Shown piece after piece: positions 38,056 to 48,382 of a stretch of DNA of 64,000 bases. A program made the position numbers and the translations under genes. The first letter of the stretch is position 1. The number at the start of each line of letters is the position of its first letter. Under the pieces are notes generated by a model that saw only the letters and a program-made list of their open reading frames with translations, was not told the origin of the DNA and searched no databases. Location of the stretch: positions 25,920-89,919 of the forward strand of contig JBHIAC010000002.1 of the NCBI GenBank assembly GCA_046758365.1, read 5' to 3'. This stretch comes from a bacterium. GTDB lineage: Bacteria; Zhuqueibacterota; Zhuqueibacteria; Oceanimicrobiales; Oceanimicrobiaceae.

Positions 38056-40704
38056 TTATCGTTTGCTTACAAATTTTCGAATATTCATAAGATAATCTCG
38101 TGAGGCTTCGACTTGTTTCTCCGGATCACCATCTAATATGTCTGGTGGGGCTGCGTCTGGATAAAAACTTGGCATTCTTGTACCAGGCTGTAATGCTTGA
38201 GGGTCTGATATCCAGTCATAAACCCAATCTGGGTTTAGCCGATCAGGTGCTAATAAAAAGTCCGGCGCCCAACCGGATGGAGGACCTTCTGGTTTTTTTC
38301 TTCCAACTTGGTGACAACTAAAGCAGCTTAAATAATCCTCTGAAAAAAGCTTTTCTGCCGCTTTAATTTCCTTTTTAGTCAATTCAATGTCTATGTCTAT
38401 AAATGGCTCACTCATACCTTCTAAGGCTTGAAAATACTCGATAAGCTGGTTGACTTCTTCATCGCTAAATCCAAAAGTAGGCATCCGTACATTCAACCAG
38501 GATCTTATTTTAATAATTGGATTTTTTAGAAATTCAAAAAGCCATGTTGGTTGAACTTTTCTACCTTCCCCGATTAAGTCAGGAGGGACAAACGAAAGGG
38601 CTTCATCAACAGACCGTCCTTCTTCTTTAAAAGCTTCAATCAAAGTTGGACGAATGAAGCCACCCTCACCTTCAATAATATGACATCCAATGCAGTTGTA
38701 TTGGCGCACCAATCTTCGCCCTTTTTCAATAGAATCCCCGATCCGGCCCATATCATGTATATAATCTGTGCTAATCATCCGACCATCCCAGCTTTTCAGA
38801 GGGATTGCCAAAGTTTTAGCATCTTCTTCGGCAAATGCAAAATTGGGCATGCGCTGAATGACAGCTTCGGTCGCATACTGTCGGGAATTCTTCAATTTAC
38901 CCAAAGTCCAGGCCTCCCATGTTTCTTCTGGCACAGCACCATCGGCTAAAGCATCTCCAAAAAATAGTTCTTCGGGAGTTTTTGCTCCAAATTCGTTTAG
39001 AGATACACTAACCTTTCCTTCACCTTCCATACCCTTAATGTCATGGCAGCCATGACATCCAAAATTTCGTATAATCGCTTTCCCTTCCGCTAAAAACTCT
39101 TCCGACTCTAAATCTGCAGAATCAAAGTTGTATTCGCTTTTATCGGTTTCTTTCAGACTCATCAGGTAAGCCACGATGTCTTTTGCTTCAGAATTCGTTA
39201 AACGTAAATTGGGCATGGTTGTATTGGAATTGTATTGTTTTGGATTTTTAATCCAAGCGAGGAGCCAGTCTGGATTGACTTTACTTCCAATTTTGGTTAA
39301 TTCAGGCGCAACGTCATAAGGCACATCTGTTTTGCGGACCTCTCTATCCTTCAATGTCACTACGTGGCACCCCTTGCATCCAATCGACTTAACTAATTTC
39401 CGACCTCGTTTTACCGAACCATCAAGTGAAGCCTTGGGTAATTTATAATCGCTCTCTTTACTAATACGAGTAAGATAGGCTGTAACTGCTAATGCCTCCT
39501 TATGGGTAAATTGAGGATTCGGCATTCGGGTATGTTTTCTAAAAGATTTGGTATCTCGAACCCATCGATATAAGAAATTCGGGTTGGTTTTTGAAGTAAT
39601 GGCATTTAAAGGGGGACCAATTTTACGCGCATTCTCGTATCCGGTAATTTCATGGCAACCGTAACAGCCTAAATCAAATATCATACGCTTTGCCTTGGAA
39701 AGCTTAGGTGCATGGTCAACAGATAATTCCTTGCTATGGCATTTATTACAACCCGCCTCTACAAAATTTTCTAATAGTAAAGGATGTTCCCAGAATTGTA
39801 CAAATCCGTGAGCCGGCTCTTTCTGTAAAGCTGGCCCCTGACCTTCATGACAGGGGGTACAGGCAAACTGGTTATAAGGGTGTATTTTTAAATAAAAATC
39901 ACGATTAGGATGAGATTGATAGGGCGGAACGTAATCCTCATACCCATCTTTATCAGCATTTACATGACAACTTGTACAACGGTCAACCCGGTCTAAAAAG
40001 TTCTCAAAATTGCCTCGCACAAATTTCGGTAGTACTATCTGTTCAATTTTAATCTTTCGATTTTCAATAAGGCTCAATTTAGTTTTTAAATTTTTAATAG
40101 GAACCTCTAACTTATCGATTTCCATTTTAAGGCTATCAGCCGTAGCACGATAACGAGCTAACCGCGTTTCAACCTTATCCTTTTCTGCTTCTGCTTTGTC
40201 CCACTCTAATTTGAGTTTTGCAACTTCTTTTTTTCTTTCATCAACGATTGGACGTAATTTATTTATTTTTTTTTCATCTCGATGATGTTCTGCTTCTTTA
40301 TATTCGTACCAAAGCGCATCATATTCACTTTTGGCAAAGCGGTAATTTTGCATCGTCTTTTGGATGTTAAATTGAGCACTATCTAACTCTTTTTTAATTT
40401 CTTGATAGGCTGGACCTTGCAAATTTGCTTCAGCTTGCTTTAATTCTTCTTTTAATTTATTAAACTGGTCTTGGTGGTCTGAATCAAATTCTTCCTTCGC
40501 CGCTTCGTATTGCGTCTTGACATTTTCGTACTCTAATTTATTCAACCGCATCTGATACCTTTGCCATGGGGCTCGAAAACTGATCATGTCTAAGATCGCC
40601 CAAAATGTTGTAAGGGCAAGAAGACCTGCCAAGATAAAGTAAAAATGGCCGTATTTTCTTTCTTCTAGTGGAATTTCAGAACGCTTAGGCATTAAACGCT
40701 CCAT
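38056..40704 (-). CDS. Membrane-anchored octaheme c-type cytochrome with long coiled coil
   Basis: Eight CxxCH motifs (CTSCH, CTPCH, CNKCH, CYGCH, CKGCH, CHGCH, CIGCH, CFSCH), one N-terminal TM, about 170 aa of charged helical region. Confidence 0.93.
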   Translation of the reverse strand: MERLMPKRSEIPLEERKYGHFYFILAGLLALTTFWAILDMISFRAPWQRYQMRLNKLEYENVKTQYEAAKEEFDSDHQDQFNKLKEELKQAEANLQGPAYQEIKKELDSAQFNIQKTMQNYRFAKSEYDALWYEYKEAEHHRDEKKINKLRPIVDERKKEVAKLKLEWDKAEAEKDKVETRLARYRATADSLKMEIDKLEVPIKNLKTKLSLIENRKIKIEQIVLPKFVRGNFENFLDRVDRCTSCHVNADKDGYEDYVPPYQSHPNRDFYLKIHPYNQFACTPCHEGQGPALQKEPAHGFVQFWEHPLLLENFVEAGCNKCHSKELSVDHAPKLSKAKRMIFDLGCYGCHEITGYENARKIGPPLNAITSKTNPNFLYRWVRDTKSFRKHTRMPNPQFTHKEALAVTAYLTRISKESDYKLPKASLDGSVKRGRKLVKSIGCKGCHVVTLKDREVRKTDVPYDVAPELTKIGSKVNPDWLLAWIKNPKQYNSNTTMPNLRLTNSEAKDIVAYLMSLKETDKSEYNFDSADLESEEFLAEGKAIIRNFGCHGCHDIKGMEGEGKVSVSLNEFGAKTPEELFFGDALADGAVPEETWEAWTLGKLKNSRQYATEAVIQRMPNFAFAEEDAKTLAIPLKSWDGRMISTDYIHDMGRIGDSIEKGRRLVRQYNCIGCHIIEGEGGFIRPTLIEAFKEEGRSVDEALSFVPPDLIGEGRKVQPTWLFEFLKNPIIKIRSWLNVRMPTFGFSDEEVNQLIEYFQALEGMSEPFIDIDIELTKKEIKAAEKLFSEDYLSCFSCHQVGRKKPEGPPSGWAPDFLLAPDRLNPDWVYDWISDPQALQPGTRMPSFYPDAAPPDILDGDPEKQVEASRDYLMNIRKFVSKR

Positions 40705-40755
40705 TACTTAAAGGCTAATATTAAATTTAACGCTGAAATAAGACTAGCATTTTGC

Positions 40756-41634
40756 TTAAACATTAAACCAAGGGGTAACCCAGATATATTTAATATTTAA
40801 CGTCCATCGAAGAATCATTTTAATGGGTAATCCTATCATAGTTAAAAATAAGAATGCTATGATGGAATATCGGACTACCCCCAACTTTTTTATGGTTTCT
40901 GAATTTTTTTTCCAAAAATAAAAAATTACCCCTATTGAATAATAAGCCGTTAATATAAACCCTCCAAAAAAGAAGGCTATCAATGGACTGTGAATTCCAA
41001 ATTCTTCATGGAGATCCACATTGGTCATCGCTACTACTTTATGGGCATCCCATTTTTCCCAAGGCATAAAAAAGTTCCAGCCGGGTCCGCGTAAAAATGT
41101 TCCTACAAAGATTAATGAAATCCATAAAATAATAAATCCAAATAGAAAGATAGTTATTGCAAATTTTCTCTCTTGCCAGGTGTAATATCCATTGCCTTTG
41201 GGATTTTTGTCAATATAGGGAATCGCCATAAGCCCCACAATAATCAGAGTCGGAAAAACGACCCCAGCAATCCATGGGTCAAAATAAACTAACATCTCTT
41301 GAAGGCCGAGGAAATACCAAGGTGCTTTGGATGGATTCGGAGTCTTCGTAGGGTTGGCAGGTTCTTCAAGGGGTGCATTGACTACAATGGACCAGACCGT
41401 TAAAATTGCCATAACTAAAATCGCCGATAGAAACTCATTTCGCGTAAGATAAGGCCATACAAAGATTCGGTCCTTACCTTCTTCTCGCATGTTATCAAAT
41501 TCACCTGCAGAAATCCTGTGATCATTTACAAAAGCTTGTCGAAAAGCAAGCCAGGTAAAAAAAGCTATAAAGAATAGCAGTCCCACAATAGGTATATTAT
41601 CAGGTTTACTTAATATAGCTAGTAGACTTTCCAT
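40756..41634 (-). CDS. Cytochrome b C-terminal subunit (subunit IV/PetD-like), extended
   Basis: APLEEPANPTKTPNPSKAPWYFLGLQE (PEWY-equivalent), PYIDKNP, extra TM helices. Confidence 0.88.
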   Translation of the reverse strand: MESLLAILSKPDNIPIVGLLFFIAFFTWLAFRQAFVNDHRISAGEFDNMREEGKDRIFVWPYLTRNEFLSAILVMAILTVWSIVVNAPLEEPANPTKTPNPSKAPWYFLGLQEMLVYFDPWIAGVVFPTLIIVGLMAIPYIDKNPKGNGYYTWQERKFAITIFLFGFIILWISLIFVGTFLRGPGWNFFMPWEKWDAHKVVAMTNVDLHEEFGIHSPLIAFFFGGFILTAYYSIGVIFYFWKKNSETIKKLGVVRYSIIAFLFLTMIGLPIKMILRWTLNIKYIWVTPWFNV

Positions 41635-41835
41635 ATAATTTCCATCCTTTATTTAATCTCTTGATTCTCCAATAATTTCAAAATGGGAATCTAATAAGTA
41701 TTAAGTCCTTGTTTTTAAGTATAGGCATTGAGATATAAAAGGCTCTGAATGACAGAAGGACTAAGTATCATTCAAAGAGAAATGCTCAATGGATCGATAA
41801 ATCTAATTAACAAGAAGCATTTATTTTAAAATAAA

Positions 41836-42609
41836 TTATAGAGGTCCTGATATGCCACCGTCTTTTCTAATTCGCCAAAAATGTACAGCAGTAAAGATAG
41901 CTAAAAATAAAGGTAAAAAAACACAGTGTAATACATAAAACCTTAAAAGAGTAGGTGGGCCGACTTGCGTGCCCCCTAGTAATAAAAATCGGACATCATT
42001 ATCAGGTCGCATGCCGAGTTCCGGCCCAAATGGACCTTCATGGCCTAATAAAGGAGTTGCTCTTGCCATATTGGTTCCCACTGTAACCGCCCAAATAGAA
42101 AGTTGATCCCATGGCAGCAAATAACCAGTAAAACTTAAGAGTAGTGTTGTGGTGAGTAAAATTACCCCTACAACCCAATTAAATTCACGGGGCGGTTTAT
42201 AAGAGCCAGTTAAGAACACTCTAAACATGTGAAGCCAAACTGTTATCACCATGCCATGAGCAGCCCATCGGTGCATATTTCTGATAAACATGCCGAAGGG
42301 CACATCAAATTCTAAATATTTCATATCATTAAAAGCATATTCAGCGGTGGGACGGTAATAGAACATAAGAAGCACGCCAGTTACCGCTGTAACCAGAAAC
42401 AAGAGAAAGGTAATACCTCCCATGCACCAAGTAAAACGAATATATGCACCATGCCGCGGAATACGTGTTGGATGAAGATGCAACCAGACGTTATCCAGCA
42501 CTTGAAGCAATCGGTTCCTTGGAGTATCCTCATATCCATGACGAAACATAGATTTCCAAAGCTGTGACTTAAGAAGACCATCTTTCATTTTATTAAATAA
42601 TGCCTGCAT
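41836..42609 (-). CDS. Cytochrome b N-terminal subunit (cytochrome b6/PetB-like)
   Basis: WCMGG (heme ci-type Cys), [25 protein letters not shown], helix D His pair separated by 14 residues. Confidence 0.95.
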   Translation of the reverse strand: MQALFNKMKDGLLKSQLWKSMFRHGYEDTPRNRLLQVLDNVWLHLHPTRIPRHGAYIRFTWCMGGITFLLFLVTAVTGVLLMFYYRPTAEYAFNDMKYLEFDVPFGMFIRNMHRWAAHGMVITVWLHMFRVFLTGSYKPPREFNWVVGVILLTTTLLLSFTGYLLPWDQLSIWAVTVGTNMARATPLLGHEGPFGPELGMRPDNDVRFLLLGGTQVGPPTLLRFYVLHCVFLPLFLAIFTAVHFWRIRKDGGISGPL

Positions 42610-42666
42610 CCTATCTCCTTATATTGTATTTAGATACAACCTATTAAGTCAAATTAAAACAGAGGG

Positions 42667-42695
42667 AATATAAGTACATTTTTAAAAAATGTCAA
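42667..42695 (-). promoter_or_regulatory. Sigma-70-type promoter immediately upstream of cytochrome b
   Basis: TTGACA-N17-TATATT; AAGGAG SD before the ATG. Confidence 0.65.
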
Positions 42696-42770
42696 GGTAA
42701 AATAGTCTAAAAAATTTAATAATTCATCGTCATGCTTAATTATTAAAGCCTTAACAGTTTTGTTATTTTA

Positions 42771-44261
42771 TTAACGATCTTGCTTTTGCAGCAAATGTTT
42801 CGGTAGAATGAGCCTTTCCAATCCTTCGAAACCTAATTCAACGAATATTGCCAAAATGGCTGCGGGAATAGCACCCCACATAATTATGTAGGGATCATTC
42901 AGCGTAACTCCGGTAAAAATGTATTCACCAAGGCCCCCTGCACCGATAAAAGCGGCGAGCGTGGCTGTTCCTATGAGGATTACCGCGGCAGTTCTAATAC
43001 CAGCCAGCATATTTGGTGTCGCCAGCGGTATTTCAATATATCGTAATCTCTGCCACACCGTTAATCCCATTCCTACGGAAACCTTCTTTAAGATTGGATC
43101 AATGGAGTTTAAAGCTGCAAAAGTATTTCTCAATATTGGGAGAAGCGCATAAAGAAATAGAGCGATTAAGGCGGGCTTTGTGCCAATACCAAATAGAGGA
43201 ATCATAAAAGCTAAAAGCGCTAGGGATGGGATGGTTTGGAGAAGTCCTGTGAAATAAATGATAGGTCTTGATACCTTTGGTAATCGATAAATTATTACGC
43301 CAAAAGGGATGGCAAGGCTCATTGCTGCTAAGAGCGAGATGACAGTAAGTTTTAAATGTGTCAGGGTCCGATGTGCCAGGGTTAGCCATTTTTTTTCAGA
43401 GACGATAGCTTTTGTATTTTTTAATAATCCTTTCTTTAGTAAAAAATCATGAGCTGTTTCAGTAAAGTTTTTTTTATGGATGGCAACGAATGCATTTAAC
43501 TTCTGCATTTCTATTTCATTTATCGTTCCTGCCAGCTCTTTTAGGATTGATTTAACTTCTTGTGCAACATCACTGCGAATGAGTGGGGCTGCTAAATAAG
43601 TCGGAAAGAAATTTCTATCATCTTTTAGCAAAACTAAGTCATATTTTTGAGTCTCCGCATCTGTTGAATACACATCCATCACATCTATTTTATTTTGATC
43701 TAAAGCTTGATAGGATAGGGTATGTTCCATTCCGAGCGGTATGACTCTCAGACCATAGGCTTTTGACAGTGCTCCCCAACCATCGCCTCGCTCTAAAAAT
43801 TCATAGCTCAGGCCAAAACGTAATTCAGCATGAGTGCGAAGGTCAGATATAGTTTTTAAATTATGCAGTTTCGCCAGTTCTGCGCGCACGGTCAATGCGT
43901 AGGTATTATTAAATCCGAAGGAGTCTAAAAGCTCCAGCCCATGATTTTCTTTCAGTAAATTTTGTAATTGTTTATAAGTAATCGGTTTTTGAAGTTTAAG
44001 AATGGCCTGTTCAATGGTGCCCGAATATTCAGGATAAACGTCTATTTCATTATTGACCAACCCTTGATAACAAATTATAGTACCCCCTAAACCAAATTTT
44101 CTTTCAACGTCAAAACTTCGGTCTTCCAAAAGCTGAGCCAAAATTTCAGCTAAAATATAGCTTTCGTTAAAATGTTTGGAGCCGATGCGGATAGATTGAC
44201 TATTAACAGGATTTGCGCTTAATATTAAGATAATTATAGTGAAAAAATTAAATCGTTTCAT
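42771..44261 (-). CDS. Osmoprotectant (glycine betaine/choline) ABC transporter, fused substrate-binding protein + permease
   Basis: IGSKHFNESYIL, YPEYSGT, GFNNTY, QTIPSLALL, FIGAGGLG. Confidence 0.93.
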   Translation of the reverse strand: MKRFNFFTIIILILSANPVNSQSIRIGSKHFNESYILAEILAQLLEDRSFDVERKFGLGGTIICYQGLVNNEIDVYPEYSGTIEQAILKLQKPITYKQLQNLLKENHGLELLDSFGFNNTYALTVRAELAKLHNLKTISDLRTHAELRFGLSYEFLERGDGWGALSKAYGLRVIPLGMEHTLSYQALDQNKIDVMDVYSTDAETQKYDLVLLKDDRNFFPTYLAAPLIRSDVAQEVKSILKELAGTINEIEMQKLNAFVAIHKKNFTETAHDFLLKKGLLKNTKAIVSEKKWLTLAHRTLTHLKLTVISLLAAMSLAIPFGVIIYRLPKVSRPIIYFTGLLQTIPSLALLAFMIPLFGIGTKPALIALFLYALLPILRNTFAALNSIDPILKKVSVGMGLTVWQRLRYIEIPLATPNMLAGIRTAAVILIGTATLAAFIGAGGLGEYIFTGVTLNDPYIIMWGAIPAAILAIFVELGFEGLERLILPKHLLQKQDR

Positions 44262-44315
44262 TTTATAATGACTATTGAAAACACCAAATTAGATTGAATC
44301 AACCAAAAAAACTTT

Positions 44316-45050
44316 TTATACTTTTTCTAGCTGTGAATGTACAAAACTTTCCACAAATTCAGTGGCTGGATGTTCTAAAATTTCATTGCGTGTGGCTTTT
44401 TGCTCGATTTTTCCCTTATTTAAAATGACTATATAATCGGCCAATTTCAATGCTTCTCTCAAATCATGGGTGACCAAAATGATGGTTCTGGCTTCAAATT
44501 TTTGTAGTTTGATAAATTCTTCATGAATTTCACTTCGAGTGATGGGATCCAGCGCGCCAAAAGGTTCATCCAGAAGAAATATTTTAGGATTAAGCATCAT
44601 GGCGCGACAGAGTCCCACGCGCTGTTGCTCACCACCACTCAATTCATGCGGATATCGCTTTGAGAAGGTTAAAGGGAGATTCACCAACTTCATTAAATTT
44701 TTTGCGCGATTCTTGATACGTTCTTTATCCCATTTTTCCAAGATAGCCAATAATATGATATTCTTTTCAACGGTTAAATGGGGAAAAAGCCCTGTACCTT
44801 GCACAGCATAACCAATCTGCCTCCGAAGTTTAGGTAGTTTATTGTAATCAATTCCCTTTCCGAAAACATAGACCTTGCCCTGCTCAGGCCGAATGAGCCC
44901 GTTTATGAGCTGAATCAAGGTTGATTTGCCACTGCCACTTGGCCCAATCACTACGGTGGTAGCATTTGGAGCAATCGAATGGTTGATATTTTGCAAGGCT
45001 ACTTTCTGGTCATAATATTTTTGGACATTTTGAAAGACAATTGGCTCCAT
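44316..45050 (-). CDS. Osmoprotectant ABC transporter ATP-binding subunit
   Basis: GPSGSGKST, LSGGEQQRVG, LLDEPFGALDPITR, VTHD. Confidence 0.95.
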   Translation of the reverse strand: MEPIVFQNVQKYYDQKVALQNINHSIAPNATTVVIGPSGSGKSTLIQLINGLIRPEQGKVYVFGKGIDYNKLPKLRRQIGYAVQGTGLFPHLTVEKNIILLAILEKWDKERIKNRAKNLMKLVNLPLTFSKRYPHELSGGEQQRVGLCRAMMLNPKIFLLDEPFGALDPITRSEIHEEFIKLQKFEARTIILVTHDLREALKLADYIVILNKGKIEQKATRNEILEHPATEFVESFVHSQLEKV

Positions 45051-45138
45051 GATTAAATTATACAGATGAGATAAGGTAGAAAAACCATGAGCAAATTAAT
45101 AAATTTCAAAGCTTTAAGAAGTTAAATTTTGAATCGCA

Positions 45139-45268
45139 TCCACAACTGCGTCATCGTTGGGGTGCTCTGCAATTTAAATACCGCTCGACTAAGCAAACGG
45201 AGCTCTTGAACCCATGTTCCATAAGCCTCACCAAAGCTAAAGTCTCTATGATCCAACAATGTTGTGAA
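45139..45268 (-). ncRNA. Candidate structured RNA (five helices, three-way junction), family not recognised
   Basis: Nested helices found by hand. Seven positions form G-U pairs on the minus strand and would be A-C mismatches on the plus strand. Confidence 0.55.
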
Positions 45269-45287
45269 ATTTCCATGCAAGTTAAAA

Positions 45288-45755
45288 TTATTTTTCATCT
45301 ATTATTCTTACTTCACAAGGAGCCTCTTTTTCTAATGCTTTTACAGCAGAACCAAAAATCAAGCGAGAAAGACTGGAACGTTTTCTTCGGGTAATTACAA
45401 TAAGGTCGGGATCTTCTAAATTAGCTAAACGCAAAGTTTCTTTGAGAACCGTTCCGCTTTTTATTATGGATCGTGCCGAAATATTTTGAGCTTTTGCACG
45501 TTTCTCAATTTCTGCTATTAATTCCTCAGCTTGCATTTGATATTCTTTGAGCAGAGAGATATAAAGTTGTTCTGAAGGTTTTTCACCGAGCCAACCTTCA
45601 TCCGTTAATTTGTGAGCAATTTTGTTGGCATATTCAATATCCAATACAAAAAAAATGATCAGTTTGGCGTTTTTTTCTTTAGCTAATTTAATAGCTTCTT
45701 CAATGGTTTTTGGGGATCTTCGAAGAAATGACAGGATCAGTAGAATTTTTTTCAT
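45288..45755 (-). CDS. Universal stress protein (USP)
   Basis: MKKILL..., [24 protein letters not shown]. Confidence 0.9.
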   Translation of the reverse strand: MKKILLILSFLRRSPKTIEEAIKLAKEKNAKLIIFFVLDIEYANKIAHKLTDEGWLGEKPSEQLYISLLKEYQMQAEELIAEIEKRAKAQNISARSIIKSGTVLKETLRLANLEDPDLIVITRRKRSSLSRLIFGSAVKALEKEAPCEVRIIDEK

Positions 45756-45763
45756 ATTATAAC

Positions 45764-47191
45764 TTAAAATTTAAATCCAATGAATGGCCATAAAATATAT
45801 ATAGATAGACTAAAAATTATCCAAGCACAAATTTTCAAAATTAACCCAGTAATGATAGTATCTTTAAGACCAACAAAACCAGAGGAAAATGCAATGGCTG
45901 TTGCTGGTGTACCCATAGGTAGTTGAAAGGCCAGACCTGATGGAATAGTCAGGGCTAATGTTACAATTCTGGGATCTAGCTTCAAATCCGTAGCAAATCC
46001 AAGGGCCAAAGGCATCATCATTGCCACGACGGCTGTGTTGCTTATTGCCTCGGTTAAAAACAAAGAAATAAAAGAAATGGTTAAAATAAGGCCCCAGGCC
46101 GAATGCACAAAATATCCCAGAGTTTTATCCGCAATCCAATGCGCGGCACCCGTCATTTCCATGGCGAATCCTAAACAGATAGCTCCACCGTACATGAGAA
46201 AAATGCCCCAATTCACATCTTCTTCCACCTCTTTCCAATCCAATAGTCGGAACACAAAAGCAATAACCACCGCTGCAATGGCAATATTAGCCAAACCAAG
46301 TTTTTCTCCGTAAAAAATCCACAAAAAAATTGTAATAAGCATCAATACACCAATGGCCTGCTCTTTAGGAGAAATGTGACCCATCCTAAGTTGTTTCCTT
46401 TTAAGAATTACTAACGCCTTATTGATGTCCTGAATTTCCGGAGAAAACACTTTAATTAAAACGAAATAAACAATCACAATCATAAAAATTACAGTTGGCA
46501 AAGCAGCCAAAGCCCAATGAACAAAATCAATGGATAAACTCGTGGTTTGTTGTAAGATTCCAATAGCTAGAGGCGCTCGAGCACCGCCTAAAAAAGTCGC
46601 AATGCCGCCAACAATACATCCCCAAGTCATAGCAAGAAATAGACCCCTTCCATAGCGGCTGTGGGGAGGCATCAATTTTAAAGAATCAACCACTTCAAAA
46701 ACGATTGGGAACATCATGGCAGCTACCGCATGTTCCGACATCCAAAATGATAAAAATGCGGAGAAACTTAAAAATCCCAGCATCAAAGATTTAGGGGATT
46801 TTCCAAAATTTCTTAAAGCTAAGAGAGCTAGTCGGGTACTTAATCCAGAACGCATAATTGCTGAGGCCAAAATGAAAGCGCCTAAAATAAAAAATATAGC
46901 TCGGTTTCCAAAAAGGGAATAGGATTCCACGGTTGATAAAACTCCCGTCAGTGGAAACAAAATAACCGCAAGAAGACTCGTAATCATTAGGGGCAGGGCG
47001 TGAGTTACCCAGAGGAGAATACAAACGACAAAAATAGCCAATGATTTTTGACCTTCAGGCGAAAGGTCCTGAGGAGTAGGAAGACAAATTATTACAAAAA
47101 ATAATATAACCGAAATTAAGATTATGGATGGACGAATTCCTCTTCTAATTATTATACTCAACTCTGAATAATTGAACCGATAATTGCCCAT
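45764..47191 (-). CDS. SLC13/DASS family sodium:anion symporter
   Basis: MSEHAVAAMMFP, VNWGIFLMYGGA, ISNTAVV, FQLPMGTPATAI. Confidence 0.93.
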   Translation of the reverse strand: MGNYRFNYSELSIIIRRGIRPSIILISVILFFVIICLPTPQDLSPEGQKSLAIFVVCILLWVTHALPLMITSLLAVILFPLTGVLSTVESYSLFGNRAIFFILGAFILASAIMRSGLSTRLALLALRNFGKSPKSLMLGFLSFSAFLSFWMSEHAVAAMMFPIVFEVVDSLKLMPPHSRYGRGLFLAMTWGCIVGGIATFLGGARAPLAIGILQQTTSLSIDFVHWALAALPTVIFMIVIVYFVLIKVFSPEIQDINKALVILKRKQLRMGHISPKEQAIGVLMLITIFLWIFYGEKLGLANIAIAAVVIAFVFRLLDWKEVEEDVNWGIFLMYGGAICLGFAMEMTGAAHWIADKTLGYFVHSAWGLILTISFISLFLTEAISNTAVVAMMMPLALGFATDLKLDPRIVTLALTIPSGLAFQLPMGTPATAIAFSSGFVGLKDTIITGLILKICAWIIFSLSIYILWPFIGFKF

Positions 47192-47350
47192 CCTTATGAC
47201 TTTTCCCTTACTCTGTAATTTTTTATTAATGATTAGTGATTTAATGTCCTAATGACGCCGACGGCAAATGACTCAATGACTTAGTGACACTAATATTGTA
47301 TCACCTCTATACCTGACTTCCCCCTTTTCCTTAAAATGCGATTTCTTTAA

Positions 47351-48271
47351 TTAATCCAGAAACAAAAGTCGTGCAATATTTCCACCGAAAATTAACCATT
47401 TTTCCTGGTTAGGAATTTGAAGGCGATTAAGTATTTGGTCCTGTTGTTCGAAAATTTCTTTACGCCAACCCCGGGGGAAATAGGATGAGTCGGTTCCAAA
47501 TAACAGACGTTCAGGGCCTAATACTTCCAGAGAATTCTTGAATACTTGTTTTAAATCTAAAGGCGGTTCAATCCAGGCATTGGAACTTGAAGTGTCAAAA
47601 TAAACATTATTAAATTCACCAGCCACCTCCAGTGCTTGCTCAAACCGACCGCATCCAAAATGGGGAATAATAAAATTCACATCCGGAAAATCTTGAGCCG
47701 ACTTCTTTAAGTCTAGAGGATTGGAAAAGCTGAGGTTAATGTTATCCGGGAGTCCTAACTTTTGAAAGACGGGCATTTTAAGAATTCCAAAATGAATAAA
47801 CACGGGCACCTCAGCGGAAGCTGCTTCTTCGTATATAGGATATACTATTTCATCCGAGGCATAAAAATGGTGCATGGCTGGAAACAGAGTTACACCTTTC
47901 ATCCCCAATATATGTAAAGAATAACGGATTTGGTCTCGGGCATCAGATTGGTTGGGATCAATCATAACATAGCCAATAAGCCGATTAGGAAATTCTTGAA
48001 CCGCCGCGGCTAAATATTCAGCATCGTTCAACTTACTGGCAAAAAGCACTTGCCTTTTTACTCCGTGTCTATCTAATTCCTCAGCCCACATTTTTCCTAA
48101 TTCGTGGGGTTCTTTTGGTGGTATTTCCCAGCCCAAAATCCTACCCAAAGCCGCAATCCCCTCGTCAGATTTAATCTGATTTTTTACTAATGAGTAAAAA
48201 TGGTTGAACCAAGTATAGGAAAAGAAATGGGTATGGGCATCGATTATTTCATATTTATGAGATTTCATCAA
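47351..48271 (-). CDS. Amidohydrolase_2 family metal-dependent hydrolase
   Basis: IDAHTH, PVFIHFG, IIPHFG, NVYFDTSS, LLFGTDS, GGNIARL. Confidence 0.92.
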   Translation of the reverse strand: MMKSHKYEIIDAHTHFFSYTWFNHFYSLVKNQIKSDEGIAALGRILGWEIPPKEPHELGKMWAEELDRHGVKRQVLFASKLNDAEYLAAAVQEFPNRLIGYVMIDPNQSDARDQIRYSLHILGMKGVTLFPAMHHFYASDEIVYPIYEEAASAEVPVFIHFGILKMPVFQKLGLPDNINLSFSNPLDLKKSAQDFPDVNFIIPHFGCGRFEQALEVAGEFNNVYFDTSSSNAWIEPPLDLKQVFKNSLEVLGPERLLFGTDSSYFPRGWRKEIFEQQDQILNRLQIPNQEKWLIFGGNIARLLFLD

Positions 48272-48382
48272 GAATGGTCTTTTTTATTAATTATCAATGT
48301 TTGTAAAATACAAAAAAAAGTTTTGGGTTTCAAGGAGAATTATTTTTGAATAAAATTTACATTAGTTTGAACAAAACGAACA

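Noticed and set aside
45139..45268. Assignment of the structured RNA to 6S, TPP, SAM-I, M-box or c-di-AMP families
   Set aside because: Only short fragments match (GGGUUCAAG, GGUGAGGCU, GGGGUGC); the conserved cores and overall topologies are missing.
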